Below are positions 1 through 13,967 of a DNA stretch of 64,000 nucleotides, one piece after another. A model generated the notes under the pieces. That model was not told where the DNA came from. It saw only the letters and a program-made list of their open reading frames with translations, and did not search any database. Both the position numbers and the translations under genes were made by a program. Position 1 is the stretch's first letter. Every line of letters starts with the position of its first letter. The DNA is from Kondoa subrosea (taxonomy: Eukaryota): positions 4,005,347 through 4,069,346 of the forward strand of contig BCIN01000001.1 in the NCBI GenBank assembly GCA_039545335.1, in the 5' to 3' direction.

Positions 1-548
1 AAGAAGAAGAAGAGAAGAGAAGAATTTCGCGCTTTTGAGCTAATCTCGCCACCTCTACTCTCAGGAACAGGAAACAACGCTCTTTCGCAAACTGACTGAT
101 TCGTGAAAGGTCTACTTGCAAGAAACACGCGAGAATGGCGCGCAGCTAAGACTAGCCAGCATATAGGAGCAGTACGAGGATTGATTGACAATTGACACGT
201 GTAGTAAGCGCGTCTTTGCAGATGCGGAGTGAGCGAAAGTGGTAAAGAGTATGAAGAGACCGATTGATAAACTTGATTGGCAAGACAGCAATTAGTAGAT
301 AGTCAGAGCGTGTAGCTACTTTGGAGGAGTATGGGATTGATCTGAAGTAGCTCGAAAATGGCAGAGCAGATTGTGAAGAACAGACGTGAGACATCGCTTG
401 AAGCTCGCCAGCACCAGGATGCATTTCCCCTTCAAATAGGGAGTCTTTATAGACCTTGAGAGCTAAGAGCACCAACTGACAGCGATGACAATGTACTAAG
501 CAAGGTCAAGAAATCACTGAGTCGAATGAAACCAATTCGAAGGTTTTC

Positions 549-2054
549 ATGATACTAGCGACCATCGGAACAGCAGATGGATTTCAAGCACATCTAATAG
601 GACCAACGCAAGAGACAGGCATCGCTCATAACTATCCAGAGCCAATTCGCAAGCAATTTCAAGGCAAATCATCCAAGACGAATGCAGAGCATAGACAGCT
701 ATCAGAGGCGGACAAGGACACTCAATCCTATCACGAGTCGATACAAGACTTTCTGAGCAATGCAGTAGCAGCAGTGAGGCAGGAATGGTGTTCTCGAGAA
801 GAGTTCGACTGGAGTCACTGGACACATTTTGGAAAACATCGGCGCAAGTCAATCGTGGATGGCGATTCGCTGGATCTAGCGTCCTGGTCGACACTTGCCA
901 TGGATATTGATCAAGACGCTCTGGTTCTGTCAGGTGAGTCTGATCTTCATCTCGAGCGCAGGGCAGAGACATTGATCCTTTCTTCCGTTAGAAAGTACCG
1001 GCACGATAGTCTCGATAACACAATGTGTTGGGCGTGTTGTGCTGAATCTCTCGAAGCAATATCATGAATTGACTCTCACCGGCGAGGAACACTTTGAGCA
1101 TCTCCCAGTCACCTACCTTCTTCCTCCTCGCTGTGCTATCTTGCTATCAGATATGAGTACCTGGGCGTATCAGCTCACCTTGCTATGTCAGTCTTTCCTC
1201 GGAATTTAGTAGTCCCTGCTCATCATTTCGCCGCATAGTTCAAAGTCAAAACCTTGATTCGCTCGATTTGGTTCTTCTTGTGGGTCTTTATCAATGTACA
1301 CCGTTGCCGCTTCCTGAATTCCGTTGAAGGATCCGCCTTGGCCTAATAAATCTGCTTCTCGCTCAACTTCATACAACGAGATCGACATCTACAACATATT
1401 CAGTATCGATCTACCTTCTATTCTTCGCCTCTCTAATCCTACAACGCCTTGTCTCGTCGCCGTGTGGATCACCAACAGACCGAAATTTCGTCGATTTGTC
1501 TTGCGACGCTTGTTCCCAGATTGGCATTTGACTTCGGTAGCAGACGAATGGTTTTGGATTAAGATCACTGATAAGCCCGAAGGAGCGCGTCTGGAAGAAG
1601 GCGGGCTACCTGTGTTTGATTTGGACAATGCGCATCGAAAGCCATACGAAGGTGATCTTCAACGTCTAAATGTCCCTTTTCAGAGCTGATCTCAAGCGAA
1701 GGGCTTCTCATTGCTCAGTGGAATCCTTCTTCAGGCACTTTGACTCCAACAATCCCTACACGTAAAGTCTTTGTCTCAGTCCCAACAGGTCATTCACGGA
1801 AGCCAGATATTCTAGGTCCGTAATTTTGCTTCCACCGTGATATCAGCAGCTCATCGCCTTATACAGATCTTCTTCGACCTTATCTAGCTAATCAAATCAC
1901 TCCGAACGTACTAGAACTATTCGCTCGTTCAGCTCGACCGGGCCCACAGAGTCAAGTAGGAGAGGAAAGAGGGTATTGGATCTCAGCTGGGAATGAATGC
2001 ATCAAGTTTAATCAGTTGGGTGTACATGTGCATCGTGGATCAGATATTGTATAA
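549..2054 (+). CDS. MT-A70 family N6-adenine methyltransferase, METTL4-like (multi-exon)
   Basis: Spliced exons give YLLPPRCAILLSD, LDLVLLDPPWPNKSA (DPPW catalytic motif), VAVWITN, WFWIKIT, HRKPYE, HSRKP, LELFAR and WISAGNEC. Stop TAA at 2052-2054. Confidence 0.85.
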
Positions 2055-3211
2055 AAAATATGGAGTGTGATAGCGAATGCTTCTGTTAGAAGCAAAGGTG
2101 CACAGCAGAAGATGATTGTATTATGATTATCACAGCTAGAGCTATGTCCTAACGTCAAAATTCAGATACCAGGAGAGACAAGGATTTCCTAAGTGATACG
2201 TGAGTGCTGGCGAGAGCAGAATCAATTTCAGTAAGGCCTATTGTAAGGATTACCTGAACTAAGCCCAATGCATCAGAATAGTGTTTAAGAAGAGTACTTA
2301 GTTTCCCAAGACTCATGTCCCAGATTCAAAGCAAAAGCAGAATGAAAACAGTTCTATGTGTCTTTAGAAAGATATCGGGAAAGTTAATGGCAAATAAGGC
2401 TTTAGCTTGGCTCCCTCCGATTTTCTCTTTCCAATGATACGGAAGGTACTGAAGAGAAGAATACTGTTACAACACCCTCAAAAAGAGGTATAATTCCGCG
2501 AGGATGAAAAAGAAGGAGCTTTGACTTGTTTTGAGCAGCACTTGAACGCAAACAAGACCCACTCGGATATAGACATATCCAGTAGAATACATCCAAACAG
2601 TCTGACAGAAGCACCGGTGCGAGTTAACAATGCACGTCGTAGCTTCGCTCAACTCCGAAAGCTTATATAGAAAATAAGGAGATTCAAAAGGTATAAGCAG
2701 GAGGCGCGAAGAAGAGAAGAAGGAGGACAGATTGGCAGGTTTTATCGACGGCGGAGTTTTCGAATACGAATTGGTCCAATTCGTATGTTGGCGGGCGAGT
2801 ACATTGTGTTGAGCAAATTAGCGCGCGCTGATAAAGAAAATAGCAATGGGCGCTGTACTGCGTTCAAGATGGCAGGCATGCCATTTCTCAACTTCGATAG
2901 TAGGTAAGGGATTCAGAAGCATATGTCGCTTTCACACAATGATGAAGCAAAAATCGTGTTGAAGATCAGATAATAATGAGTCCATAGCGAGAAAAACGAA
3001 GGCGTGAAGCAACCGCATGCACATCTACACGCATGTCAACGAAGTGAGGAACTGAGTCCAGATTCGATAGCAAAGCGTGAGACGCGAAGAATATGCGCGC
3101 AGCTTGCTATCGCATACACAGATCTGCTAACTTCTAAGAAAGCACGGAAGCAGGCGTGGCAGTGCAGGACAAGCGAGATTGTAAATCCAAACTTGTCTCG
3201 ATACCGCCGAA

Positions 3212-4528
3212 ATGGATACTACAGATTCCACGCAAGCACCCCAATGGTCACCTGAAGATCCTTGGGGCAATGCAAGCAGCAGTAACGGAGCCACCACGTC
3301 TGGCTTCTCGTTCTCGAATGATGCGGATGTTTGGGAGACGAGCTCTGATACTGCAGCTGGACTCAAGTCTTTAGCAATACAAGATGAACCTGATGCTTTC
3401 ACTACGCCTGAGATGGGACAAGAGGAGTTTCATGATTCCAATGAGATAGCAGAGGTCGAAGCTCTCTCACCAATACCTACGATTCCGCTTGTGGCCGTGC
3501 ATGAGCCAGTCCAGAGTCAGTCAACGGACGAATGGGGAGAATTCGGCGAGAGCAATGCTGTGGCAGACGATGATGATGACTTTGGAGATTTCGGTGAAGC
3601 AGATGACTTTGATGATTTCGAACCTGCTCCTGTACAGCAGTCTTTACCTCCTGTAAGCTCATTGCTATGATCATAGTATGTGTGTGCTGAAGATGGAGCA
3701 ATCAGGTAGCAACTACTTCCCTACATCCGCTGAAACGGCTCGATGTATCCTCAATGACAAGGGAGCACCTGCAACCGCAGATACAAGCTATCCTTGCTCA
3801 AATATGGCCTTCAAACACAGATCGCTTCCTGCCTTCTTCAGTCAAAGCAGAATCATCCACTCTACCCACCTCTTCTTCCAAACAACTCTTCACCTCCCTA
3901 TCTTTACCACCAAATACACCACCAGTCAATTTCAAACGATCTCGAATAAGGAAATCTCAATTACAAGCTTTAGGTGTACCTATTAATTTGGAAGAATTCT
4001 CAACTTCTCAACCTTTGCAAACTTTGGTACTGCAAACGAAGGATTTACCAAAATCAAATCAATCTCAACCTCTTTCTGCTCCTATTTCCCTGCAACAACA
4101 AAAGAGTAGAAGCAGTTTAGCTTTACATCGAATACCAGATCCAACTATTGATCGAACTGAAGCGAATAGAATGATCGGTTTGAAAGAAGAAGATCTGAGT
4201 ATGCAAAGTTTGGATGAATTGGATTCTACAAGAAAGCAATTAGAGGAATTGGTCAGCCAGGCAGGAGCGGTTTTGACGCATAAGTTGGAGAAGAGGGAAA
4301 AACTCAAAGCGGATAGCGCTACTTATGATGTTATGATACAAGTGAAGTTCTCCTCCTTGTACTCTTGCGGCATAATACTGATGGTGAACATGATAGGATC
4401 TGCTGAGTAGCGCTCAGAAACTGAAACCGCCACTCGGGAATAACAACGTCAAGCGAGCAGGTAGTGTCAGCCGTTGGGGCAGGTCGAGCACAAGTAGACC
4501 TAGCTCGCCGGCGAATGGAGTAAAATAG
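3212..4528 (+). CDS. Laa2/YBL010C (DUF5102)-like putative AP-1 accessory protein
   Basis: Acidic N-terminus with WGEF and DDDFGDFGEADDFDDF gamma-adaptin-ear-type motifs; FKRSRIRKSQLQALGVPINLEE; C-terminal coiled coil. ORFs 3212-3670 and 3754-4410 joined by introns. Confidence 0.6.
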
Positions 4529-4635
4529 CTTGCGACAAGCATTGAGCATGCAGTGTTATTCGGCTTCATTGCTCACATGGATGTCTATCGTATAATATTA
4601 CACCGACCAAAACAGCACGCAAAATCTACAGTACT

Positions 4636-7459
4636 CTATTGCCAATGCTTGACTATATTCGAAGGACCCAGCGATTGTCTAGTCGGTTTCTGAAGACTGC
4701 CCTTATTCTCCAAGAAGACATCATTTGTCAAAGTCACAACCTGCAGAGCATATGAGCATGATTCTTTGCAGTTCTTGTATGACTCACAATCTCTCTGTCT
4801 CCATTGAATTTGAATGAGTCTGCCACGACCTTATCGTCATATCTACAAGGCAAAGTCAGTACATGTCGATACAAAGTATAGCGAAAGCGAACCTCTTGAT
4901 TGTATATGAATCAAGATGACCTTGCTTCACTCTTCGGAAGTTGAACGCAATCACGAAAGGACCGCTCGAAGTAACAATCGTTCGCTCTTCACTATCGGGG
5001 CCGGTGTTGAATTTAGCAGGAGTGAAAGAGATATTGTTGTTCATGTATGCAGCATGTTCTGGACGCAAGGTGAGACGTTTCGGTTTCGGCTTGGCTGCAG
5101 CTGGGAAACTCCTCGTGACTATTTACCTGCGATGAGCGAACGGCCAGATAGCAACAAGAGGGCACTTACAGCCAGACTGGCCTTCATTCTTGCCTTCACC
5201 GATGGTAGTATCAATGAGAAGAAGATATGTCTTTGTAGTCGCGATCAGGAAAGAGCCATCTTTCGTTACATCGACACCGATGATCGCGTCACCCAAAGCA
5301 GGTAAAGCAGTCTTTGCATTCTTCCCTAGCTTGTCATACAGTCGAAGATCTCCTTTGTTGGATGCGATGACGATATGACCTGCTTCATTCGTTGCGGCAG
5401 CGGAGAAATCGTTCTTCGTCTTGTATTGCTTGTATTCGTCCGTGACCAGCTTGCTACCGGAAAGACGTGGATCGATGCGGAAGACTGAGTTGTGCGAATG
5501 ACCAATGAAGGTTTGTTCGCCGGTCGTCTGAGCAAACTTGGATCCAGGCAGGAAGTTGTCGACTTCGATATCTTCGCTGATCTTGTATTCCTCAACGACT
5601 TTGCCCGTTGTCAGATCCAAGCGATAAAGAGCATGCGGATTGAGAGGATCTCGCAGAACCATAGCGCTATCTTGCTCATGAAGCATGACCTGTTCATTCA
5701 TTGACATCACTATCAGCCAAAGCCCAAGAGAACATCAGGAACGAACCTTTGAAGGCTCAAACATTCTCTTCCCGTCGGGCGTACTCAGGCCATTAATATT
5801 GACGGAGAACTTAAGCTTTTTTCCGTCTTCCGCAGTCTTGAAAACACCAATCATATCTCCTCTGACAACAAACGACAGCCCACTCTTGTATCCAACAGCT
5901 AAAGCAGAGTTCTTGCCCTTCGCGACAGGTTTCACATTCCCATTCTCGCTTTCGTCGGAATCCGAATCATGTTCTTCTTCCTCTTCTTCGCTTTCTTCTG
6001 AAGGTACGGCTTCTTCCTCTTCTTCTGAATATTCTTCTTCCTCTTCATCAATGGAAGACATGTCAACATCCTCTATAGTGTAAGCACCTCGAGCGTATTC
6101 TTGTTCGTCCGCTTTCAACTTATTCCATTCTCCAGGTCCATTGGCAGCTTCGAAAAGACCTCGAGCGAACCCAACATTCAAGCGGTTGAACCTACTCTTG
6201 TCCGGTACTCGCAAGAGCCAAGTATACGCTTTCCCTGTAGACTCGTAGACGAAATTGAAGATGACAGAAAGATTGGGCTGTGCAATTCAAGACAACTTAT
6301 CCATCAGACTCGAGTCTGATGCACGCCGTCATGACTCACCTCATCGAAAGTTAAAGGCATTTTGTTATCTATAGGCGTAGAGATCCACAAATGCCCTCCT
6401 TTGCCAGCAACAGTCAACCAACCTGTAAATTCCGGACCGCAGCATCAGCCAATGAAGCTGATGTCCGCGAAAGTCCGAACGTACAAGGAAAAGGTAAGCC
6501 TTTGACGATCCACAAATTAGCTTGAGTAGCTTTCTCCTGTTCCATAAACATTTCCGTAGCCGCATCATAGAGACATAGATCCGCTTCTTCGCTCATTAAC
6601 AACGTCCGATCGTCTGGTGGTAAGTTCAAGCTTTCTTGAGTTTCCTGACTTTCTTCTTCCGTTTCTTCCTCTTCGGCTCCGTAATCAACCAGAGTTGGTT
6701 TGGTTGAAGCTGGTACAGTTTTACTACTAGACGCTTGAGGTGGCGGTTGCGCTGAAGCTGATCGAGATCGATCTACAGAAAGGTTTGCTAAACCGGCTGC
6801 TAATTCATCTTCATCTGATTCCGATTCTTCAGGTGAAGGAGGACGGAAGAGAGGTTGCTTCTTTGTGGATTGGACTTTAGCAGATGTAGGAATAGCTTTC
6901 GCTGGAGTAGAAACAGGTTGAGGCGGTTCAGGCTGTTCACTGGTTCAATCGTCAGAGCGGAAGACAGAGCCAAGCGTCGGTTTACGCACGTCTGTACTTT
7001 GAATTCCTGCAACTGAGCCTCCGTTGCTTGATTCGCAGGTTTCTGATATTTCCTCTCGTACATGCATCGATACATGACAGTTTCGAAAGTCTTGAGTGTA
7101 TATTTAGGTGTTTCCGATTCACAGATGAAGAGGTAAATCTCCTCATCGTCTCCTTCTGCGTTCCACCAAGTGAAACTTGTTTGAGGTTTCGAAGCATCTT
7201 CCAAATCTTCAGCTTCAGTAGGTGCGACTGTGAAATTGAGCTCTTCATCAATAAGGAAAGGTCTTTCTTCGCTTGTCTCATCCTCTTCTTCTATCAGATC
7301 TTGTTCCCCTTCTGCCCATGCTCGAGTAACAACTAATTCAGACATGAACTCCCTTGAGGTCTTACGAATGGAAGCCACAGCATCGACTAGCAGCCATAGG
7401 ATAGATGAGCCAAAAGTATACGGCTGCTTAAAAGAGTGCAGTACTGACTGAAGATACAT
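4636..7459 (-). CDS. VID27: Vacuolar import and degradation protein Vid27
   Basis: CMYERKY N-terminal region, acidic linker, LAVGYKSGLSFVVRGDMIGVF, RIDPRLSG, and KNAKTALPALGDAIIGVDVT in the beta-propeller region. Confidence 0.92.
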
Positions 7460-8055
7460 TCTTTGGACGAGCGAATGCCTTGAGGCCGAACAAAGTAAAG
7501 CTTGCCAGAAGCAGTGACTAGCTCTGCTTGAGACCCAGGTCCAGCAACTCGGTTGTAGATGCCTTTCAGCTATTTCCCCAATTCAAGAATGAGCAACACG
7601 TATTTCATGCAAGTGTCAATAGGAGAACTCGCCAGATTCATGATCGTTACACGTGAGGATAGATCAGACTAGGTATACTGTAGCTCAGATAAGGGTAAAC
7701 TTGCAGCGCATGTAAAGCAAAAAGAGACTGCTGTCGCGGTTCGCGAAAAGGTGGTAAAGTAAATATGTGTTGTATGAAACTTAAGAGATCTATACGAAGT
7801 TACAGGCATAAGTGGTACAAGGGTATCTCAGCACTTTATCGCTTGAACATTCCCTTCACAACGCCGGCTGCGCCTTTGACCTGAGATGCAGTCTCTTAGC
7901 GATATGACATGATCAGAAGCTGCTTTGGATTCCAGCAAAGCTGCAACGCTTACTGCCCAAAGGCTGTTGAACCGGGTTTGTATTGCCAGCCATCGTTTCG
8001 CCGCTCGAGACGCTTGAAGTAGCTGAAAGACGTAATTCAGTCCTCATGATCGATT

Positions 8056-8440
8056 CTACCGGAGAGTCTTACCAGTGTGTTGAGCTTGCGATAAATTCCA
8101 CTGCTTAATGGTGGGATTGTTAGCGTTGTCGACACCAACGGTGAAGGCGGCTTTAGGCATGTTGGGTTGTCTGCCCGATGCAGGAAGAATCTGAAATTCG
8201 CCATCTGAGAAACTCTCAGATAAGCTCGGGAAAGAGCACAATGCATGACTTACCATGCTGGGCATCATAGTGAACGTTACCAGCCTTGTCGTACCAAATG
8301 TAGGTTACTTGGTTGCCAACTTTGGACATTCCTAGAGAGTACTGCTGACCATTGTGAGTTTCGTTGTGGCCGACCATGTGAAGACCATCGCCATAGTGGG
8401 TTGCATGAGCAGATACGCGAGAATCGTGTTTAGAAGACAT
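8056..8440 (-). CDS. Small orphan His/Gly-rich protein (~110 aa, 2 exons)
   Basis: ATG at 8440; GTAAGT...CTCAG intron near 8205-8253 joins ...YDAQH to DGEFQILPASG...KTLR in frame; stop TAG at 8056. Confidence 0.6.
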
Positions 8441-9126
8441 GAGCAATGTGTGTTTGGTTTAGTTGGTTAAGCTGGATGGATAGAAAGAAATTGATGTTGA
8501 GAAGACGAGAAGCAGCAACAGATTTGCGCTTTTTAGCAAGCAGAACAAAGGCGATAGCTCATCCGCGTGAGCTTGTACGATTTCCGAAATTATGCGACGA
8601 TCCCCTTTATCAAGTGAACGCTGAACATAGGGATATTGTATTATCGCGTGGTCCGGTGTTTCATCATACGTCGCAACGCTTCCAACTTTCATAGGGAACA
8701 GTTCTCCCTTACTAGTCTTGCGGCTCATTCTCGCCAAAAATAGCTAATTTGGAAGCTTTTACGCTGGCATGACGTTACGTTGATGGAATTCAACAAGCAG
8801 AGCAAAAGGAAAGCTGGATGAGTAATATGAAAAGCTTTGCTAAACACCAGATAAGGGCAGCGAGAGTTCTTGAGAGCGATTCTTCTCTTGCCCAATACAG
8901 GTCGTAATATAGCTCCGAACTCATGGCTGAGTCCATTCAGTGCGGTGCAAAGCATGATAAAGTCCTAGTCAAGACAAATTGAGGTCATTTCGAAACAGTT
9001 ACTGGGCGAAGAGATAGCCCAGCACGCATTGCGATATCACAGTGGCTTTATAGCGGCGGTATATTTGTCTGTCTGCACTTCGCAGGCTCGAAGCAGGTGA
9101 CGGTTCTTGGGTAAGGAGTCGAGAAT

Positions 9127-12100
9127 ATGGACTCAGCGCTGTCTCGAGCAATTCAAGACAAGTGAGCCTGTCCTCGCACTGGGAACCAGCAGCTCACCAT
9201 ACCTGTAGAATCTATGACCGTCGAAAGCAAGCAGCCTTGGAAGTCGAGAAGTCGGTGCTGATCTTTGTGATTCCGTTCAAGAGCTGATGTACTGGCTGCA
9301 GATTGGTCAAGGAGAGCCTCGTATCCAAGGAATCAGCGAAAACGTCCTTGATCTTGTCTCAATTGAATGATCTGGCTAGATCTCAACATGCGAACTCTCG
9401 TTCCGGCGGTATCATGGGTTTGGCAGGTTGCTCGTAAGTGCCGCGCAGTGTTCCAATACTGTAGCTGAGCGTTTTACGGTAGTATTGCTCTTGGATTTGG
9501 GAATATACCTCCTTACCTGCCTGTCATTGTTCCGCCAATTCTGTAAGTCGTATCCTTTGGTCATTGCTGCTGAGCTTATACTGTGTCAGCGCTTCCTTCA
9601 CTGATCCGGACAGCAAAGTCAGGTACTTTGCTTGCGAAAGCATGTACAATGTAGCCAAAGTCGCAAAGGGCGAAATATTGATTTACTTCAATGAGCTGTT
9701 TGACGCTATGTCCAAGGTAAGCCAGCTTCCGAAGCTAGGAAGACTCTGTCTGACTGTCTCTCAGCTCGCTGCAGACACAGAATTGCCAGTCAAGAATGGC
9801 GCTGAACTTCTCGATCGACTGATCAAGGATATCGTGACCGAACAAGCATCTCATTACGTCTCAGTCGGTTTCTCACAAACAGAGAAAGAAGGATCAACAT
9901 CGACGGAAGAAGTCCCGAGAACAGCTTTCTCGCTCGAACGTTTTATTCCCCTCCTGAAAGAGCGCATCAATGTCATCAACCCTTTTACTCGCACTTACCT
10001 CGTTCAATGGCTCATCGTTCTTGACTCTGTTCCTGAATTAGAACTCATTTCTTACCTACCTGATTTCCTCGAAGGACTCATCTTATTTCTCGGCGATCCA
10101 ACTTCTGAAATCCGGACTTTGACACAAGTAGTACTAGCCGACTTTTTGAAGGAGATCAAGGAGGTAGCAGAAGTAGCTAGAGCGAGAGATGCTTACAATC
10201 AGAAGAAGGATAAGAAAGCATCGCAAGAAGCGAAGAGCAGTCAGAGATCCACGGAAGTGGGTCAAGATTCTAGTAAAGCGACTACAGTGGATGGTTCTAC
10301 CAGTAGCGAAGCAGATGGACCTTCTTTCTCTTCTTTCGATTCTCCTGATCCTGCAGAAGCGGATGAACAATCACACGCTTCTGATATTGAAGAAGAGGAA
10401 GAAGAGGATGATGAAGATCCGGAACTTGGATCATGGCAACCTGGACAGAACGTCTTGGTCAAACATGCAGAGATAGTCGAGATTCTCCTCAAACAAATGC
10501 TCATGACTGGACCTGAAGCCGATCGAGAGATACAAGCAACTTGCCTGAGATGGATAGCCGAGTTCCTAAACTTCGCTCAATCAGTCATCTTATCATTTAC
10601 ACCAAGACTCATTCCGCTAGTCATGTCTGCATTAGCTCATCATGTTCCAAGTCTCAGACAAGCTGCACATACTTTGAACGTTAATCTCTTCCACGTCATT
10701 TCTGAACTTCCTTCTCCTCCCTCGCCATCTTCTTCTACAGCGAAAGACAAGAAACGGCATTCCTTCGAATCTCTTGAATCCCTTAATCCACCTCAAACAG
10801 CTGGCAAAGACAGAACTTCGCCTGTCATGAACACGAGCATTCCCTTTCCTTCTGCAGCATCTTCTCCTCTACCTCATGTCCCGAATAGCAAGATTCCAGT
10901 GACAGCAAGCAGTTCAAGGCCTGCTAGTCCCCCACCACCGGCTTACGAGCCAGAACCAGATCCTTTCGACTATCAAGCCACAGTCGGTGCCTTGTGCGCT
11001 TTGCTGGGTGTGGAGGAAGAAGAAAGTAGATTGGCGGCTCTACATTGGCTATCGATGCTGCACAAGAAAGCGCCAAAGAAGGTTCGTTGCTCTTACTATG
11101 CACTAAACTTGCCTTACTGTATTCCTAGATATTGTCACTGGAAGATGGAACCTTCCCTGCATTGCTCAAAACCCTTTCAGATCCATCAGAAGAAGTCATC
11201 AAGTCTGATTTACAACTCCTGGCGCAAATCTCTTCCTCTTCGGATGAAGAATACTTTACTTCTTTCATGGTCAATCTTGTTCGCTTGTTTAGCACGGATC
11301 GATCATTGCTGGAACTACGAGGAAGAACGATAGTTGGACAGCTGTGTATCAGTCTGAACACTGAGCGGATCTACAGAACTTTTGCAGAAATTTTAGAAAA
11401 GGATGAGGTGAGCCACATTCGTCTACAACTCATCACAGCGCGTGTTGACAAGCAATACAGGATTTGGAGTTCGCTAGTCTGATGGTACAGAACCTCAATC
11501 TTTTCCTTATCACTTTGCCGGAGCTAGCAGACTTCCGCAAGCGACTGAAGAACATTGATACAAAGGTACTCTCTGAGGCAAGCCAAGCATTATATGTTGG
11601 CTTATACTACTAGCAGGACGGCCAAGCTCTCTTCTCCGTCCTTTATCGATCATGGTCACATAACGCTACAGCTACATTGCTGCTTTGTTTTCTCGCTCAA
11701 GCGTATGAACACGCTTCAAATCTGCTCCAAATTTTGTGAGTCTGTGTTATCGAGACATCAATCAGCCGACTGAAGTTTGGCTTAGTGCCGAGCTGGAAAT
11801 GACTGTCAGCTTGCTCATACAAATAGACAAGCTGGTGCAACTGCTCGAGTCCACAGTCTTTACTTGTCAGTGGCTTTTTATATTTCGCTGCAGTAACGCC
11901 TGACTTATTTGCATAGCTCTGCGATTGCAACTTCTGGAGCCGGAGAAGAACCCCTTCTTGCTCAAAGCGCTCTACGGCATTCTTATGCTGTTACCTCAAA
12001 GCACTGCTTTTGTCACACTACGGAATAGACTCAATTCTGTCAGCGCTCTGGGCTTCCTTCATACTGTTCCTCGAGCTACATCTTCGTAAGAATTTTGACA

Positions 12101-12545
12101 AAGCACTGAGCTTCGTCGCTGATTTTTCTGCCAAAGAACCTACAATGCCGCAACGACTGCTGGTCGGTCTGTGATTCGGCGGCAAGACGAGATCAAATGG
12201 CAAGACCTCTTAACGCATTTCAAGCAGATACAATTCAAACATGAACGCGCTCGTCGTTCTGCATTACAGCATGGCAGCAATCCAAACCTTTACCCTCTCG
12301 ATATTGAAGCTTCAAGTATACCAATGGCATCAGCATTGTCCACAGCCTCCAAGCTGACCAATCGCCGCAAAGTGACTGGACAAGCTCCAGCTTCGAGAAC
12401 AAGTGGAGATAGTTCGTCCAAGCGCGCGCCAAGCAAGAATGGCAGCATCTCAGGTACCTTGAGACCACTCTCACCACCTTCAACTACTATTGGAACAGGC
12501 AGAAGGGTCATCAGTAACGTTCAGCAGCCAATAACACGTCGTTAG
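9127..12545 (+). CDS. VAC14: Vacuole morphology protein Vac14 (PIKfyve/Fab1 complex scaffold)
   Basis: [87 protein letters not shown]. Confidence 0.95.
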
Positions 12546-12859
12546 CCCCATGGTGCACGTTTGTAAATATAACGCGCAGGCCTGCTGTGCAGAGCGTGGA
12601 CCCTTGTCTATTTCTTGTCGATCTTTTGTTGTTTACCCCACCGCAGTAGAGTTCGCGGTGCAAGTTCGTTGAAAGTCTCTCGGACTTCCAACATTTCGTT
12701 TCCGTCTACCTTGCCTCTTTACCATCAAAAGCAGTTTTATTAACTTACTCTCTTTCTCTATCTCACAGCTACATCACCACTTTCAAGAGTAAGCTCCGTC
12801 AATCTTCGCGCAGCGCGTCCGCTCAATGTTCTGGTAGAATTAAAGTTCATCAAAACAAC

Positions 12860-13716
12860 ATGCGTTCTGCTATCCTCTCCGTTGCTCTCTTCGCTTTCAG
12901 CGCTTATGCACAATCCCTCTCTGATCTCCCTGCCTGCTCGTATGTTCGAAGGGTTTACCCCGCTTTGATCAAAGTGGCTAACCCTTGTTCGTCTAGCATC
13001 ACTTGTTTCACAACCACACCTTCCAGCCGTGGATGCACTTTGACCGACACTGCATGCTTGTGCCAAGTAAGTACATTTGAATCGAGTTGTGTCCGCCCAT
13101 TCTGATGTTACATTTTTTAGGACACCCAATTCCAAGCTGCCGTAGCATCCTGCCTGCAAACTGCTTGCACCAGCGCTAGCGATATTCAAAAGGCCGCCAC
13201 CACTGGAGTGAGTCGCCGAAGCCACCGAGGCATAATTCTATGCTGAGCTCGATTACTAATTCTTTGACTTCAGGCCGCTCTTTGCGCTTCTGTTGGACAG
13301 TCTATCGATACCAGCGTCAGTTCAATTTCTCTACTATACAGATAAACTGATCTCATCAGCTGTTATAGTCCATTGGTGGTGAATTGTCATCATCAGCTGC
13401 CGCTGCATCGGAATCTAGATCCTCCGGCATGGAATCTATGTCAGCTTCAATGTCCTCAAGCGCAGCTTCAATGAGCTCCAAGATGAGTTCTTCAATGGGT
13501 GCTGCATCTTCTGCTCGCAGCGTGTAAGTCTTGTATATTGATCTTGCATTGGGCATTCCGTGCTCACTCATTTTACACAGTGCTTCCTCTGCTACAAGCG
13601 CAGCATCATCCGCTGCAGCAGCTGTGACCTCTGCACCAGCATCCGGCGCTAACTCAATCGTAGCCAGTTCATTCGTTGGTGCCGCAATCGTTGGTTTGGG
13701 TGCTTTCCTCGCATAA
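12860..13716 (+). CDS. Secreted/GPI-anchored CFEM-domain protein (copy 1)
   Basis: Signal peptide MRSAILSVALFAFSAYA; 8-Cys CFEM pattern (LPAC..TCF..GCTLTDTACLCQ..ASCLQTAC..ALC); Ser/Ala-rich stalk; hydrophobic C-terminus. Possible 5'UTR intron 12789-12837. Confidence 0.88.
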
Positions 13717-13967
13717 GGGCACGTACAATGGGAAGTCTAGCTTCATCAGTATGTCTGTCTGTGCAATGTACTCGAGCCCCCTTTTCGTGGGCCCTGCTTT
13801 CTGGCTCTCATCTACCGTTTCTTTCTTCCTTTCTCTCGTTCGACCACTTTGCGTTTCTTGCTCCTTTGCTCTCTTTTATAACACCCAACTGAAATCCAAA
13901 ACCCTATAAGTGAGTTCGAATGGTCGCCCTTTTCTTGTCGTTTCATTAACTGTGCGCGGAAGTCAAT

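Noticed and set aside
152..475. Minus-strand 107-aa ORF at the window start
   Set aside because: No ATG start and no recognisable motif; probably promoter or UTR sequence.
2055..3211. ~1.1-kb gap with short ORFs and an ATGATGA near 2939
   Set aside because: No coherent spliced CDS and no supported snoRNA guide.
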